Source: Candidatus Aenigmatarchaeota archaeon (GTDB lineage Archaea > Aenigmatarchaeota > Aenigmatarchaeia > JACPZZ01). Taken from it: DNA of 64,000 nucleotides. Positions within the stretch are counted from its first letter, which is position 1. The number at the start of each line of letters is the position of its first letter. Position numbers and translations under genes: made by a program. Below are positions 26,558 through 35,119 of the stretch, in pieces. The stretch is taken from the NCBI GenBank assembly GCA_016180965.1, contig JACPAF010000002.1, positions 82,529-146,528 on the forward strand, read 5' to 3'. Under the pieces are notes generated by a model. It was not told the DNA's origin and did no database searches. It worked only from the letters and a program-made list of their open reading frames with translations.

Positions 26558-26612
26558 ACATCATGATAATTCCGTACAATTAAATAAGCTTCAAAGACAA
26601 TATCATTTGATA

Positions 26613-27155
26613 ATGATGGATGACAAACCGAAAAAATTGATTGAAGCTTCGTTGTTTCTTTCGCAAAACCCTATTTCTGCGAAAAGTTTAGCGCAAATAG
26701 CAGGGGTCAGCGAGAAAGAGATCGAAAAGCTGATAACCGAGTTAAAAACGGAATACGCCGACCGCGGGGTTGAGATAAACCAAACGCCCGCAGGCTGGCA
26801 GATACACGTTAAAACTGAATTGATAAACAAAGTTTCACATCTTTCTCCTTATTCGGACTTGTCGGAAGGCGTTTTGAAAACGTTGGCTCTTGTGGTCTAC
26901 AAACATCCGGCCACACAATCCTACCTCGTGAAAATGCAGGGCAACAAGGTGTACAATTACATAAAAAAATTGGAAATACGCGGCATGATAAAAGCTGTCA
27001 AAAAAGGAAGGACTAAAGAAATTTATGTTACACAGGAGTTTGAAAATTATTTCGGAACAACCTTAGATGACATTAAAAAAAGGGTAGAGCAGCAAATAGC
27101 GGAAATAAAAACTAAACAGGATAAAAAAGCAAAAGCTGATACTAATGCCAAATAA
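26613..27155 (+). CDS. scpB: Segregation and condensation protein B (ScpB)
   Basis: 'LIEASLFLSQNPISAKSLAQI', 'GWQIHVK' and 'LSEGVLKTLALVVYKHPATQ'. The track ORF (26196) extends antisense into lplA/lplB, so the start was set at ATG 26613. Confidence 0.85.
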   Translation: MMDDKPKKLIEASLFLSQNPISAKSLAQIAGVSEKEIEKLITELKTEYADRGVEINQTPAGWQIHVKTELINKVSHLSPYSDLSEGVLKTLALVVYKHPATQSYLVKMQGNKVYNYIKKLEIRGMIKAVKKGRTKEIYVTQEFENYFGTTLDDIKKRVEQQIAEIKTKQDKKAKADTNAK

Positions 27156-27798
27156 AAAACTCCCGAAAAACTGGCACATGAAATTTGGTAATTTTACAAC
27201 CAGCGACGGTTATATTGTTGTAATCGCAGCCAAACCGACGGAAAAAGAAAAATTAATAACAAAATTTTCAGAAGAAAATGACCTGATTATTCGGTCAGAA
27301 GATCCTAATTCACCATTCATTCTGTTAAAAACCAATAACCAATTAAGCGAGACTGCATTGAAAGAGGCTGTTGAGTTTGCTGCAGCGCATTGTGTTCAAT
27401 GGCAGGATAAACTTGAAAATGCAGATGTTTACTGCGTTAAACCCAACCAATTATCGAAAACTATTCCGTCTGGTGAGCTGTTAGCTAAAGGTTATTTCTT
27501 TGTAAACGGTGACAAGAAATTATTCAGCAAAATCGATGTAAAATTATCCATCGGAGTTAAGATGGATGCATCTGGCATTGCATCATTGATCTCAGGCCCT
27601 GTTATGGCTGTACGGAAAAGTTCAGATTACTTTTTAACATTGCTGCCCGGATCAAATCCGAAGGAAACGTTTGCAGAAGAGATTAAAAGACGGTTATTGC
27701 TAAAGGCTATGCCTGAACATAAGATTGGGATAGAAAAGATCGTTCTTCAGGACATAACTTTTCATATGCCTTTGGGGAACGTAAAAGTGGCGGACTAA
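27145..27798 (+). CDS. NFACT-R (DUF814) domain protein, related to the RqcH/Rqc2 C-terminal module
   Basis: 'FTTSDGYIVVIAAKPTEKEKLI', 'DLIIRSEDPNSPFILLK', 'AAAHCVQW' and 'DVYCVKPNQLSKTIPSGELLAKGYFFVNG' follow the DUF814 pattern as recalled. Confidence 0.6.
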   Translation: MPNKKLPKNWHMKFGNFTTSDGYIVVIAAKPTEKEKLITKFSEENDLIIRSEDPNSPFILLKTNNQLSETALKEAVEFAAAHCVQWQDKLENADVYCVKPNQLSKTIPSGELLAKGYFFVNGDKKLFSKIDVKLSIGVKMDASGIASLISGPVMAVRKSSDYFLTLLPGSNPKETFAEEIKRRLLLKAMPEHKIGIEKIVLQDITFHMPLGNVKVAD

Positions 27799-27831
27799 GT
27801 AATCATTTAAGCTTTGTAAAACATCGCAAAT

Positions 27832-28191
27832 ATGACAGGTAGAAAAGAATATGATGCCATATCGGCTGCCTGTGCTGTGTGGCAGGCTTCATGCCCTCAC
27901 GATGATCCAGAGGTATCGGCTATATTCATAACTCACGAAGAAGCTCCTTTCGGACTTAGAACAGCGTTCGACAAAGTGACCGTGGGAAGAAAACGATTCG
28001 AGGTTGTTTATGATGATGACGGATTCCCTATAAAATATAGGCAACATACAAACGGGTCGCATGAGCTTACCACACCTTCCGGGGTACATTACGTTCTTGG
28101 AGCAGGAGAGGATCGAGGGGATTTCGTAGGCTACGAGGAGATTTCTGGATGGTTGGGCAAAAACGACAAAAAAGTAACGGAAACCCGTTGA
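27832..28191 (+). CDS. Hypothetical protein (119 aa)
   Basis: ORF only. No recognised motif. Confidence 0.4.
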   Translation: MTGRKEYDAISAACAVWQASCPHDDPEVSAIFITHEEAPFGLRTAFDKVTVGRKRFEVVYDDDGFPIKYRQHTNGSHELTTPSGVHYVLGAGEDRGDFVGYEEISGWLGKNDKKVTETR

Positions 28192-28229
28192 CTGCCTAGC
28201 TTTTAATTCTCCTATTCGAAATCTTTTTC

Positions 28230-30392
28230 GTGCCCAGCGAAGAAGAGTTTTTAAAGATATCCGGATTGACTTCATTTAACCCTGTCCAGCAGGAAAGCAT
28301 CAAGGCCGGCGTTTTAAACGGCGAAAGCCTTGTCGTGTCTGCGCCCACAGCCTCGGGCAAAACGCTGATAGCGGAGTTAGCCATGCTGCGCTGCGTCCTG
28401 GAAAAAAAGAAAAAGACTGTTTACATAGTACCGTTGCGCGCGCTTGCGTCTGAAAAATACGAGGCATTCAGGGAAAAATACGAAAAAATGGGAATAAAAA
28501 TTGCCATATCCATAGGCGATTACGATTCATCGGATTCCTGGCTGGAAAAATACGATGTCATAATTCTTACATCAGAGAAGTTTGATTCATTGCTGCGCCG
28601 TAATGTGTCGTGGATAGGCTCTGTTGGGCTGGTAATCGCGGACGAAGTCCATATTATCGGCGACCATGGAAGAGGGCCGACAATGGAGATTCTGTTGACA
28701 AAGTTAAAACGATTGACAAAGGCGCAATTCATTGCTTTGTCAGCCACAATCAAGAATGCGCGCGAGATCGCTGACTGGCTGGAAGCCAAAGTTGTAGAAT
28801 CCGACTACAGACCTGTTAAACTTTACGAAGGCGTTTATGCCGAAGGCAAGGTGGGTTTTTTCGGAAAGGAAGGTTTTTCGCTGGATGGTGAAGAGTTGCC
28901 GGAAATAAAGATTGTCCACGATACAACAAAGAAAAACAAGCAGTCGCTGGTTTTCGTCGCGACTCGAAAATCAGCCGAGGTGACTGCTGAACGAATTGCC
29001 GATTACATGAAGGATAAATTGTCCAGACCTGATGTTATTGAATTAAATAAAATATCCGAAGAAATATTACACGCCTTGGAATATCCTACGAGACAATGCG
29101 AACGATTGGCCAAATGCGTGAGAGGCGGAATTGCATTTCACCATGCAGGATTGGTTTCGAAGCAAAGGAAGCTGATAGAAAATGGATTCAAAAACGGTCT
29201 GATAAAAGGAATTGCTGCTACTCCAACCTTAGCTCAAGGCTTAAATTTACCTGCGTATCGCGTTATAATCCGCGACGCGAAAAGGTATTATGCGCTTACA
29301 GGATGGTCTTACATACCCGTGCTAGATTACCAGCAGATGGTCGGACGGGCCGGAAGACCGCAATACGATACTGAAGGTGAATCGATACTGATAGCCAAAA
29401 CCTCGGAGGAGGCCGAAGATCTCGCAGAGCGCTACATAATGGGAGAAACGGAAGAAATATATTCCAAACTCGCTTCGGAACCTGTGTTGCGCGTTCATGT
29501 GTTAGCGCTGATAGCGACGGAGACGTGCAATTCATTGCAAAGCGTCTATGATTTTTTTTCGCGCACTTTTTACGGCTTGCAATACGGGTCTTCATCAGAA
29601 ATGGCGGAAAAAGTGGATTCCATAGTGGATTTTTTGAAAAGGAACGGTTTTGTGGAACAGCACGGAGACAAATTACGACCCACGACGATTGGAAAACGCG
29701 TCTCGGAATTGTACATAGACCCTGACACGGCGGTGAAAATCATCGAAGGGATAAAAAATTCCAAAAATGCAAAAATAGACGGGAGCGCGCTGGTTGAATT
29801 GCTGACAAATTCACTGGAAATGCGCCCTTATCTTAATGTTAAACAAGGCGAATTCAAAGAAATTTATTCCAAGATAAGCGAAGCCCGCCTGTTACATGAA
29901 ATGCCAGACGAATGGGATTACGATTACGAAGAATCTTTGAAGGCTTTCAAAACCGCATTAATGGTTTTGGATTGGGCAAATGAAGCGACGGAAGAACAAA
30001 TATTTGATATTTATGGCTTGAGTCCGGGCGAGTTGCACAACAAAATTTCCATACTTGACTGGCTTTTTTATTCGGCACAGGAAATTGCAATTCTGATGGG
30101 CAACAAGGAAATAATCAAGGATTTGCGCAAGACTCGTGTGCGTGTTGTTTACGGAATTAAAGAAGAGCTATTGCCATTGGTAAAATTACGCGACATCGGC
30201 CGTTCGAGGGCGAGAAAATTGTTCAATGCCGGTTTTACATCCATAGAAAAATTAAGAGAGGCGCCTGAAATTACCATAGCTGCAATAGTAGGTCCGAGTG
30301 TCGCAAAATCCGTTAAAAAACAGCTTTCAGGCAAGGAGGATGAAAAGAATTTTGAGGCGAAGGGTTTGATGGAGTTCGCCAAAGAAGAATAG
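28230..30392 (+). CDS. hel308: Hel308/Ski2-type ATP-dependent DNA helicase
   Basis: 'APTASGKT', 'DEVH', 'SAT' and 'QMVGRAGRPQYD' in a 720-aa protein with a C-terminal HhH-like tail. GTG start. Confidence 0.93.
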   Translation: MPSEEEFLKISGLTSFNPVQQESIKAGVLNGESLVVSAPTASGKTLIAELAMLRCVLEKKKKTVYIVPLRALASEKYEAFREKYEKMGIKIAISIGDYDSSDSWLEKYDVIILTSEKFDSLLRRNVSWIGSVGLVIADEVHIIGDHGRGPTMEILLTKLKRLTKAQFIALSATIKNAREIADWLEAKVVESDYRPVKLYEGVYAEGKVGFFGKEGFSLDGEELPEIKIVHDTTKKNKQSLVFVATRKSAEVTAERIADYMKDKLSRPDVIELNKISEEILHALEYPTRQCERLAKCVRGGIAFHHAGLVSKQRKLIENGFKNGLIKGIAATPTLAQGLNLPAYRVIIRDAKRYYALTGWSYIPVLDYQQMVGRAGRPQYDTEGESILIAKTSEEAEDLAERYIMGETEEIYSKLASEPVLRVHVLALIATETCNSLQSVYDFFSRTFYGLQYGSSSEMAEKVDSIVDFLKRNGFVEQHGDKLRPTTIGKRVSELYIDPDTAVKIIEGIKNSKNAKIDGSALVELLTNSLEMRPYLNVKQGEFKEIYSKISEARLLHEMPDEWDYDYEESLKAFKTALMVLDWANEATEEQIFDIYGLSPGELHNKISILDWLFYSAQEIAILMGNKEIIKDLRKTRVRVVYGIKEELLPLVKLRDIGRSRARKLFNAGFTSIEKLREAPEITIAAIVGPSVAKSVKKQLSGKEDEKNFEAKGLMEFAKEE

Positions 30393-30428
30393 GCTTAAGT
30401 TATTTTATACGATTGTTAAGCGTGCGGA

Positions 30429-31541
30429 TTATTTTGGAAATCTATTTTGGAAATCGTAAAGATGGGCGTTTGTCTGCCATGAAAACCTGCCCATGTAATT
30501 TTCGTCGAAGCTGAACCATTCCATGTCTGCAGATTCAACATTTCTTGTTATTTGGCCCGAAGCCCATGCGACCTGCCTTCCGGTATTGAACATGTTTAGC
30601 CACCCATCTTTCCTTGATCTCACAGCTGTAACCACTTGAAAAGATGACATGGGGTATCTGGACATCAGGCCGTTTAACATATGGGCTCCTTCTTTGTCCT
30701 GCCTATTTTCTATCATAGAGGTTTTATAACCTTTGGACTCAAGATACTCTTCCGTGTCATATATCCATAAAAATTGCCTGGAGGCATCGCCTTCTTCAAG
30801 CCTTATTTCACCCTTAACAGGATGGATTGAAACCGCAACCCTTGCCTTCACATTTTCGAACGGAGCTCTTGTGGACAACAAATAATGATCGGGTTTTGCG
30901 GAACCCGCAAAACCATATAAGGTGCCAAGCAGTTTTCTTGGTATCAAAATATGCTCTTTGCCTGCGTCTGCCAGAATTGCCGGATCTTCAACTGCATCAT
31001 CGACAATGTGGATGTAAGGATTTTTAAGACTCATTTGATGCACGGGTCCTCTTATGTCCTCGTCATAACTGAAAACAAAGCACGTTCTATTATTAGCAGT
31101 TTGCTCCATTGCGTAGGCTAATAACTCCCTGTCTGCCATCTCGATAAAATGGGGCATGCCCTTTCTATCAGTTGTGTGGGCCCTCCTGGAATATGCCAGC
31201 CAAAGTTTTTTAGCGTCGGCTATTCTTTCCTCCAATTGCTCGGGGAACTCGATTTCTTGAAATTGATGCACCATTTCCACAGATGCCTTTGGGATGCCTT
31301 CACTGTCCAAAATGCAGCTGTCATACATATGCGAATATTCATCGGCAGCACCTTTCAGTACAACAAATTCGTATTTCGGGTCTGTATCAGATTCAGCTTC
31401 CAGCCTGTTAATCAATTTTGAAACAGCAGAAAGCGCGCCTATGTCATGCTGGCCGAATTTTACCAATGCGTTTGTATCCACCAGTATCATCGGCGGTTGA
31501 TATTTTCCCAATAAATGCCCAATTCTTACCATACCAATCAC
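30429..31541 (-). CDS. PIN-domain protein fused to a roughly 200-aa C-terminal region of unknown function
   Basis: PIN acidic positions are 'ILVDTNAL', 'ADRELLAYA' and 'SYDEDI'. The C-terminal half has no recognised motif. Start is GTG 31541 or ATG 31532. Confidence 0.6.
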   Translation of the reverse strand: MIGMVRIGHLLGKYQPPMILVDTNALVKFGQHDIGALSAVSKLINRLEAESDTDPKYEFVVLKGAADEYSHMYDSCILDSEGIPKASVEMVHQFQEIEFPEQLEERIADAKKLWLAYSRRAHTTDRKGMPHFIEMADRELLAYAMEQTANNRTCFVFSYDEDIRGPVHQMSLKNPYIHIVDDAVEDPAILADAGKEHILIPRKLLGTLYGFAGSAKPDHYLLSTRAPFENVKARVAVSIHPVKGEIRLEEGDASRQFLWIYDTEEYLESKGYKTSMIENRQDKEGAHMLNGLMSRYPMSSFQVVTAVRSRKDGWLNMFNTGRQVAWASGQITRNVESADMEWFSFDENYMGRFSWQTNAHLYDFQNRFPK

Positions 31542-31562
31542 AAAACTGAGTTAATTCTGTTC

Positions 31563-31660
31563 ATCCTAATTTATTCCATTAGGATTAATTGAACCCTTTA
31601 CCCTTCTGAAATAGCTAGTTTATAAATATGTCACTACTATATGATAGAAATCCTTATATA
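31563..31660. promoter_or_regulatory. Divergent promoter region: inverted repeat ATCCTAAT-N7-ATTAGGAT plus two TATA-like boxes
   Basis: Inverted repeat at 31563-31585. 'TTTATAAATA' at 31619-31628 and 'TTATATA' at 31654-31660. It lies between the minus-strand PIN gene and the plus-strand cassette. Confidence 0.3.
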
Positions 31661-31776
31661 CCACTTCATCATAATATCACTAACTCGTAGTAAACGTGAA
31701 CTGAAGCATACTGGAAACTGACACACACCAAGTGTGCGTCCAGTCGTCCATGCTTCTAGTTTCGGAGGTTGATAAC

Positions 31777-31971
31777 ATGGTTGTAATTAACAAGGAAGAT
31801 GCGGAAGATTTGATCAAAGTGTACAGGGAACAGCTTGTAGATGCCAAAATAAGGCTTAACGCTGCGCGTACGCTCAAGGAAATCAAATTCCTGCAAAGCA
31901 AGATCAATTTCCTGACTTCTCAAATAAGCGAGGTCAAGGATAGTAAAATCACCCGCAAAGGGAAGAGATGA
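31777..31971 (+). CDS. Small coiled-coil protein (64 aa), first gene of the orphan cassette
   Basis: 'GGAGGT' lies 8 nt upstream of the ATG. Heptad-like, Lys/Glu/Leu-rich sequence with a basic tail 'ITRKGKR'. Confidence 0.5.
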   Translation: MVVINKEDAEDLIKVYREQLVDAKIRLNAARTLKEIKFLQSKINFLTSQISEVKDSKITRKGKR

Positions 31972-31981
31972 GGTCATTTTT

Positions 31982-32302
31982 ATGAGGCAAAATTTAGCAG
32001 ACTTGGGACTACCAAACGTTTGGGGCGTGCTGTTCACGCCGGAACTGGATGTGATAGAAGTCTTTCCGAAAAATTTCGATTCCATAGACATCCGCGCACT
32101 CGCGGAGATAAACCAGGTTTTGAAGGAATGGATAACCACGCGCGGTATAAGCGAAATAGTTGATGCCGAAATCAATCTTTACGCGGGTAAAATAGGCGAA
32201 AAAATACTTTACGTTTCCGGCGACCCAAACACAGATTTCACCCATCTTTGGGAAGTTGTTTTAGACGTGAAAAACAGGTACGCCAGCAATACGAAGATTT
32301 AG
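31982..32302 (+). CDS. Hypothetical protein (106 aa), possible Roadblock/LC7-like alpha-beta fold
   Basis: Starts 10 nt after the previous gene. The predicted pattern is beta 'VWGVLF', beta 'VIEVF', a helix, beta 'EINLYAG', beta 'ILYVSGD', then a helix. This is inference only. Confidence 0.45.
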   Translation: MRQNLADLGLPNVWGVLFTPELDVIEVFPKNFDSIDIRALAEINQVLKEWITTRGISEIVDAEINLYAGKIGEKILYVSGDPNTDFTHLWEVVLDVKNRYASNTKI

Positions 32303-32334
32303 GTTGGCGCGCACAAGAATTGAGGGGAATAATT

Positions 32335-33120
32335 ATGGAAACTAAATTAACGGACGAGTACCTTCTCAAATCTTTATTTTACAATGTTTATGACATTGAC
32401 AGCGGAGGCGTTATGGCGCAGACACTGCTTGTGGACACACTTGTTTCGGGCGTTCAGATACCATATGAAACAGGAGAAAACACACTTTCCATAAGATTGT
32501 GCGCAAATAAGGCAAACTTGTACGCCAATCCCATTGTTGCCGGGGCGCTTGATCCAAAATATGCGGAATCCATGTCGTTCATATTCCCTGTCCATTATTT
32601 CGGGGAAGACGAAGAAAGACTGCGACAAATGAAGTCCGATTTGGACAGATTAGCTGTAATGGGCCGGTACGAGGCTTTGCAGGCGATTGTGCATCATAAC
32701 TTTGGATCAGGACCGCTTGACGAATGTGAGATTGAAGAAGTTACAAACGCGCTTAACGCGCTTGGAAGCGCAAGAGGGTTGGAGCCGCTTAAAAAAGATA
32801 ACGTTGAAAGGTTTCTTGGAGATGAATACTTAAAGGAATTCCAGCCAGACGTGCATCAATACTGGAATGGCGGCGGCAGAAAAGAGCGTGTCCAATATCA
32901 TACGTCTAAACTTGAATTAATGAACGCAATAACCGGGGCTGCAATAAAAAAAGCCAAACTTGTTGGAATAGATCCGGACACGTTAGCCAGAAATGACGCG
33001 GAGCACGCATTATATTGGAAACAGGTCTACGATGAAGATGTGCCGTTGCCGGGTGTTCTTTTAGCACGCGCACAGAACGCAGTCGCAGATGCATTTGAAA
33101 AATATCCGAGAGGACGATAA
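32335..33120 (+). CDS. Hypothetical protein (261 aa), paralogue of 33126..34001
   Basis: 'GAGGGG' Shine-Dalgarno upstream. It shares 'ANLYANPIVAGALDP' and 'WNGGGRKERVQYHTSKLELMNAI' with the next gene. Confidence 0.6.
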   Translation: METKLTDEYLLKSLFYNVYDIDSGGVMAQTLLVDTLVSGVQIPYETGENTLSIRLCANKANLYANPIVAGALDPKYAESMSFIFPVHYFGEDEERLRQMKSDLDRLAVMGRYEALQAIVHHNFGSGPLDECEIEEVTNALNALGSARGLEPLKKDNVERFLGDEYLKEFQPDVHQYWNGGGRKERVQYHTSKLELMNAITGAAIKKAKLVGIDPDTLARNDAEHALYWKQVYDEDVPLPGVLLARAQNAVADAFEKYPRGR

Positions 33121-33125
33121 TCTGT

Positions 33126-34001
33126 ATGGTTAATTATAAACCGCTGTTGAGTATCGCAAGAAATTATTTGGACGCGGAAAGTGCCGGTGCACGGCCGCAA
33201 ATAAAACTTTTAGAACATCTGATGGGCGAGGATCCAATTGTATTGGATCCAAAAGCCCCGAATTTTTCGACATCAAGAACCATCGCAGGAGAATCCAGTG
33301 CTAATATCTTAGCTACACCGATAGTTGCAAGAACTTTAGATCCATCTTTGTTTGAAGGTGCAAATGAAAGGTTCAATGCTTCAACACCTCCGGAATTTTT
33401 CGGAAAGTATTGCGACGGATTGAGAAGGCTTAACGATCAACATCAAGATAATATCCGGAGAGGAAGAAGTTACGCTTTACGCAACATAGCCGGAATGCCG
33501 TCGTACTTCGGACAGGATCCAATAAACGATGAAGATGCGGCTAAAATATCCGATGCATTAAATTCCAAAGGTTACAAAGCTGGCGATATGGAATTTACGC
33601 CAAAAATTTTAACTGATTTTGTTAAAGGCTATAATGGTATTATTCCTGGTCTTGAAAATCCCATCTTAGATCATTGGACTGGGAAAGGCAGAAGAGAACG
33701 TGTGAAAACACATGCCGGCAAATTAATATTGATGAACTGCATAATGGCTGCCACTTTGGAAATGGCCAGAGAAGCGGGCGTAGATTTATTCGAAACCCCA
33801 AATGGAAACGGCACACCTTTGTACCAAGACGAATATATTTCAGATTCTTGGAAAAAGGCGGGTGAATACCCGCAATCACCCTCGGCTTTGTTGGAAGAAT
33901 CCAGAAGAACAATTGCAAGAGCTAAAAATTATTTGATGTTCTCCGGTATTGCCACTGCGGCGGAACGAGCAGTTTACAATTTACGAAGGAATGGGAAATA
34001 A
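33126..34001 (+). CDS. Hypothetical protein (291 aa), paralogue of 32335..33120
   Basis: 'ANILATPIVARTLDP' and 'WTGKGRRERVKTHAGKLILMNCI'. Starts 5 nt after the previous gene. Confidence 0.6.
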   Translation: MVNYKPLLSIARNYLDAESAGARPQIKLLEHLMGEDPIVLDPKAPNFSTSRTIAGESSANILATPIVARTLDPSLFEGANERFNASTPPEFFGKYCDGLRRLNDQHQDNIRRGRSYALRNIAGMPSYFGQDPINDEDAAKISDALNSKGYKAGDMEFTPKILTDFVKGYNGIIPGLENPILDHWTGKGRRERVKTHAGKLILMNCIMAATLEMAREAGVDLFETPNGNGTPLYQDEYISDSWKKAGEYPQSPSALLEESRRTIARAKNYLMFSGIATAAERAVYNLRRNGK

Positions 34002-34010
34002 TCTAAACGA

Positions 34011-34760
34011 TTAAAATATCCCAAATTTCTTTTCGACGGGTTCTATTCCGCTGTCTGTTAATAGGAAAGTCACGGACTTGCCTTCAGGCATTGAGCGATG
34101 CTTCACTATTGTAGCACTTCGCACGCTTGTTTCGCCCGTTTTTTCGATAAGAATAATTGATTTGCACCAGTATTTCATCGCGTCGCCGCCGATCACGTCA
34201 AGCAATTCGGAATCATTTTTCTTGTATACGTGCGTTGTAATGATCGCAGGAATTTTAAATTCGCGCGCGATAGCAGACAATATTGACAAATGTATGCCCA
34301 ATTGCTTGTTGGCTTTCATCACGTCATCGGTTTCAGCGTATTCCAAACGGTACAACGCGACGGACGAATCCAAAACGACTAAACCAAATTCATCGTTGGT
34401 TACCAAGGAACGACATTTTTTTATGGTTTCTTCCTGCTCTTTGAACGTTCTTGGTTCGAGAAACATTATCCTATCCAAAATCTTGTCCGTATTCTCGCCG
34501 GCCAGCTGGCTAAAACGTTCGAATGAGAAACCGCCTTCGGTGTCTATGTAAATAACTTTTTTCCCTGAATTCACGGCGTTAATGGCTGCCAGCATACATA
34601 TGTTTGTTTTTCCGCAGCCGGGCGGGCCGCAAAAATTTGTTAACGCACCCGCTTCAATGCCTCCGGATAATAAATTATCCAACGGCTTGGATAAACGCAG
34701 TTTTATGGAAAAACCCTTCTGCACTCCCGCCTCAATTTTTTCGTTTTCCATTGATTTCAC
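34011..34760 (-). CDS. radB: RadB-type RecA-superfamily ATPase
   Basis: Walker A 'GPPGCGKTN', 'IYIDTEGGFSFERF' and Walker B 'LVVLDS'. Confidence 0.85.
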   Translation of the reverse strand: MKSMENEKIEAGVQKGFSIKLRLSKPLDNLLSGGIEAGALTNFCGPPGCGKTNICMLAAINAVNSGKKVIYIDTEGGFSFERFSQLAGENTDKILDRIMFLEPRTFKEQEETIKKCRSLVTNDEFGLVVLDSSVALYRLEYAETDDVMKANKQLGIHLSILSAIAREFKIPAIITTHVYKKNDSELLDVIGGDAMKYWCKSIILIEKTGETSVRSATIVKHRSMPEGKSVTFLLTDSGIEPVEKKFGIF

Positions 34761-35071
34761 AGCTTCATTATTTTGAAAAACACGTTTCTTTTTCCGCAGT
34801 TCGGACAGAAATTTGAATTAAATGGCATGTTATTGGTGCAATTATCGCAATTGCCGGTGCCGCCCATGAACTTTTTCAGGTTGATCAGCAACGACAAACC
34901 GGCAGATGATAAACCGACGAACAGGCCGAATAGGACTGCGATAATTGTTATGGCGAATAAACCAAATATGCCGGGCGAAACAGCCTTCGAGACGTAATAG
35001 ATTAAACCCAGCGAGGACAACAGTCCCGCCACGGCCGCAATGAATATCGTATTCGAAAAAACCTTCGGCAT
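34757..35071 (-). CDS. Membrane protein with a C-terminal zinc ribbon
   Basis: Two or three TM segments followed by 'CDNCTNNMPFNSNFCPNCGKRN'. It overlaps the radB start by 4 nt. Confidence 0.55.
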   Translation of the reverse strand: MPKVFSNTIFIAAVAGLLSSLGLIYYVSKAVSPGIFGLFAITIIAVLFGLFVGLSSAGLSLLINLKKFMGGTGNCDNCTNNMPFNSNFCPNCGKRNVFFKIMKL

Positions 35072-35119
35072 AACATCAAATCGGAAAGGTGATATTTATA
35101 TTAAATTAACAGCGACAAT

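Noticed and set aside
26196-26612. The 5' extension of the scpB ORF, which the track gives as 319 aa
   Set aside because: The extension runs antisense through lplA and lplB and has no ScpB similarity. ScpB homology begins at 'MMDDKPKKLIEASLF' (ATG 26613). Similar spurious 5' extensions were trimmed for the nucleoside hydrolase (42783 to 42942), trm5 (47074 to 47287), PAP2 (61000 to 61087), dinB, lipA and the purF-like gene.
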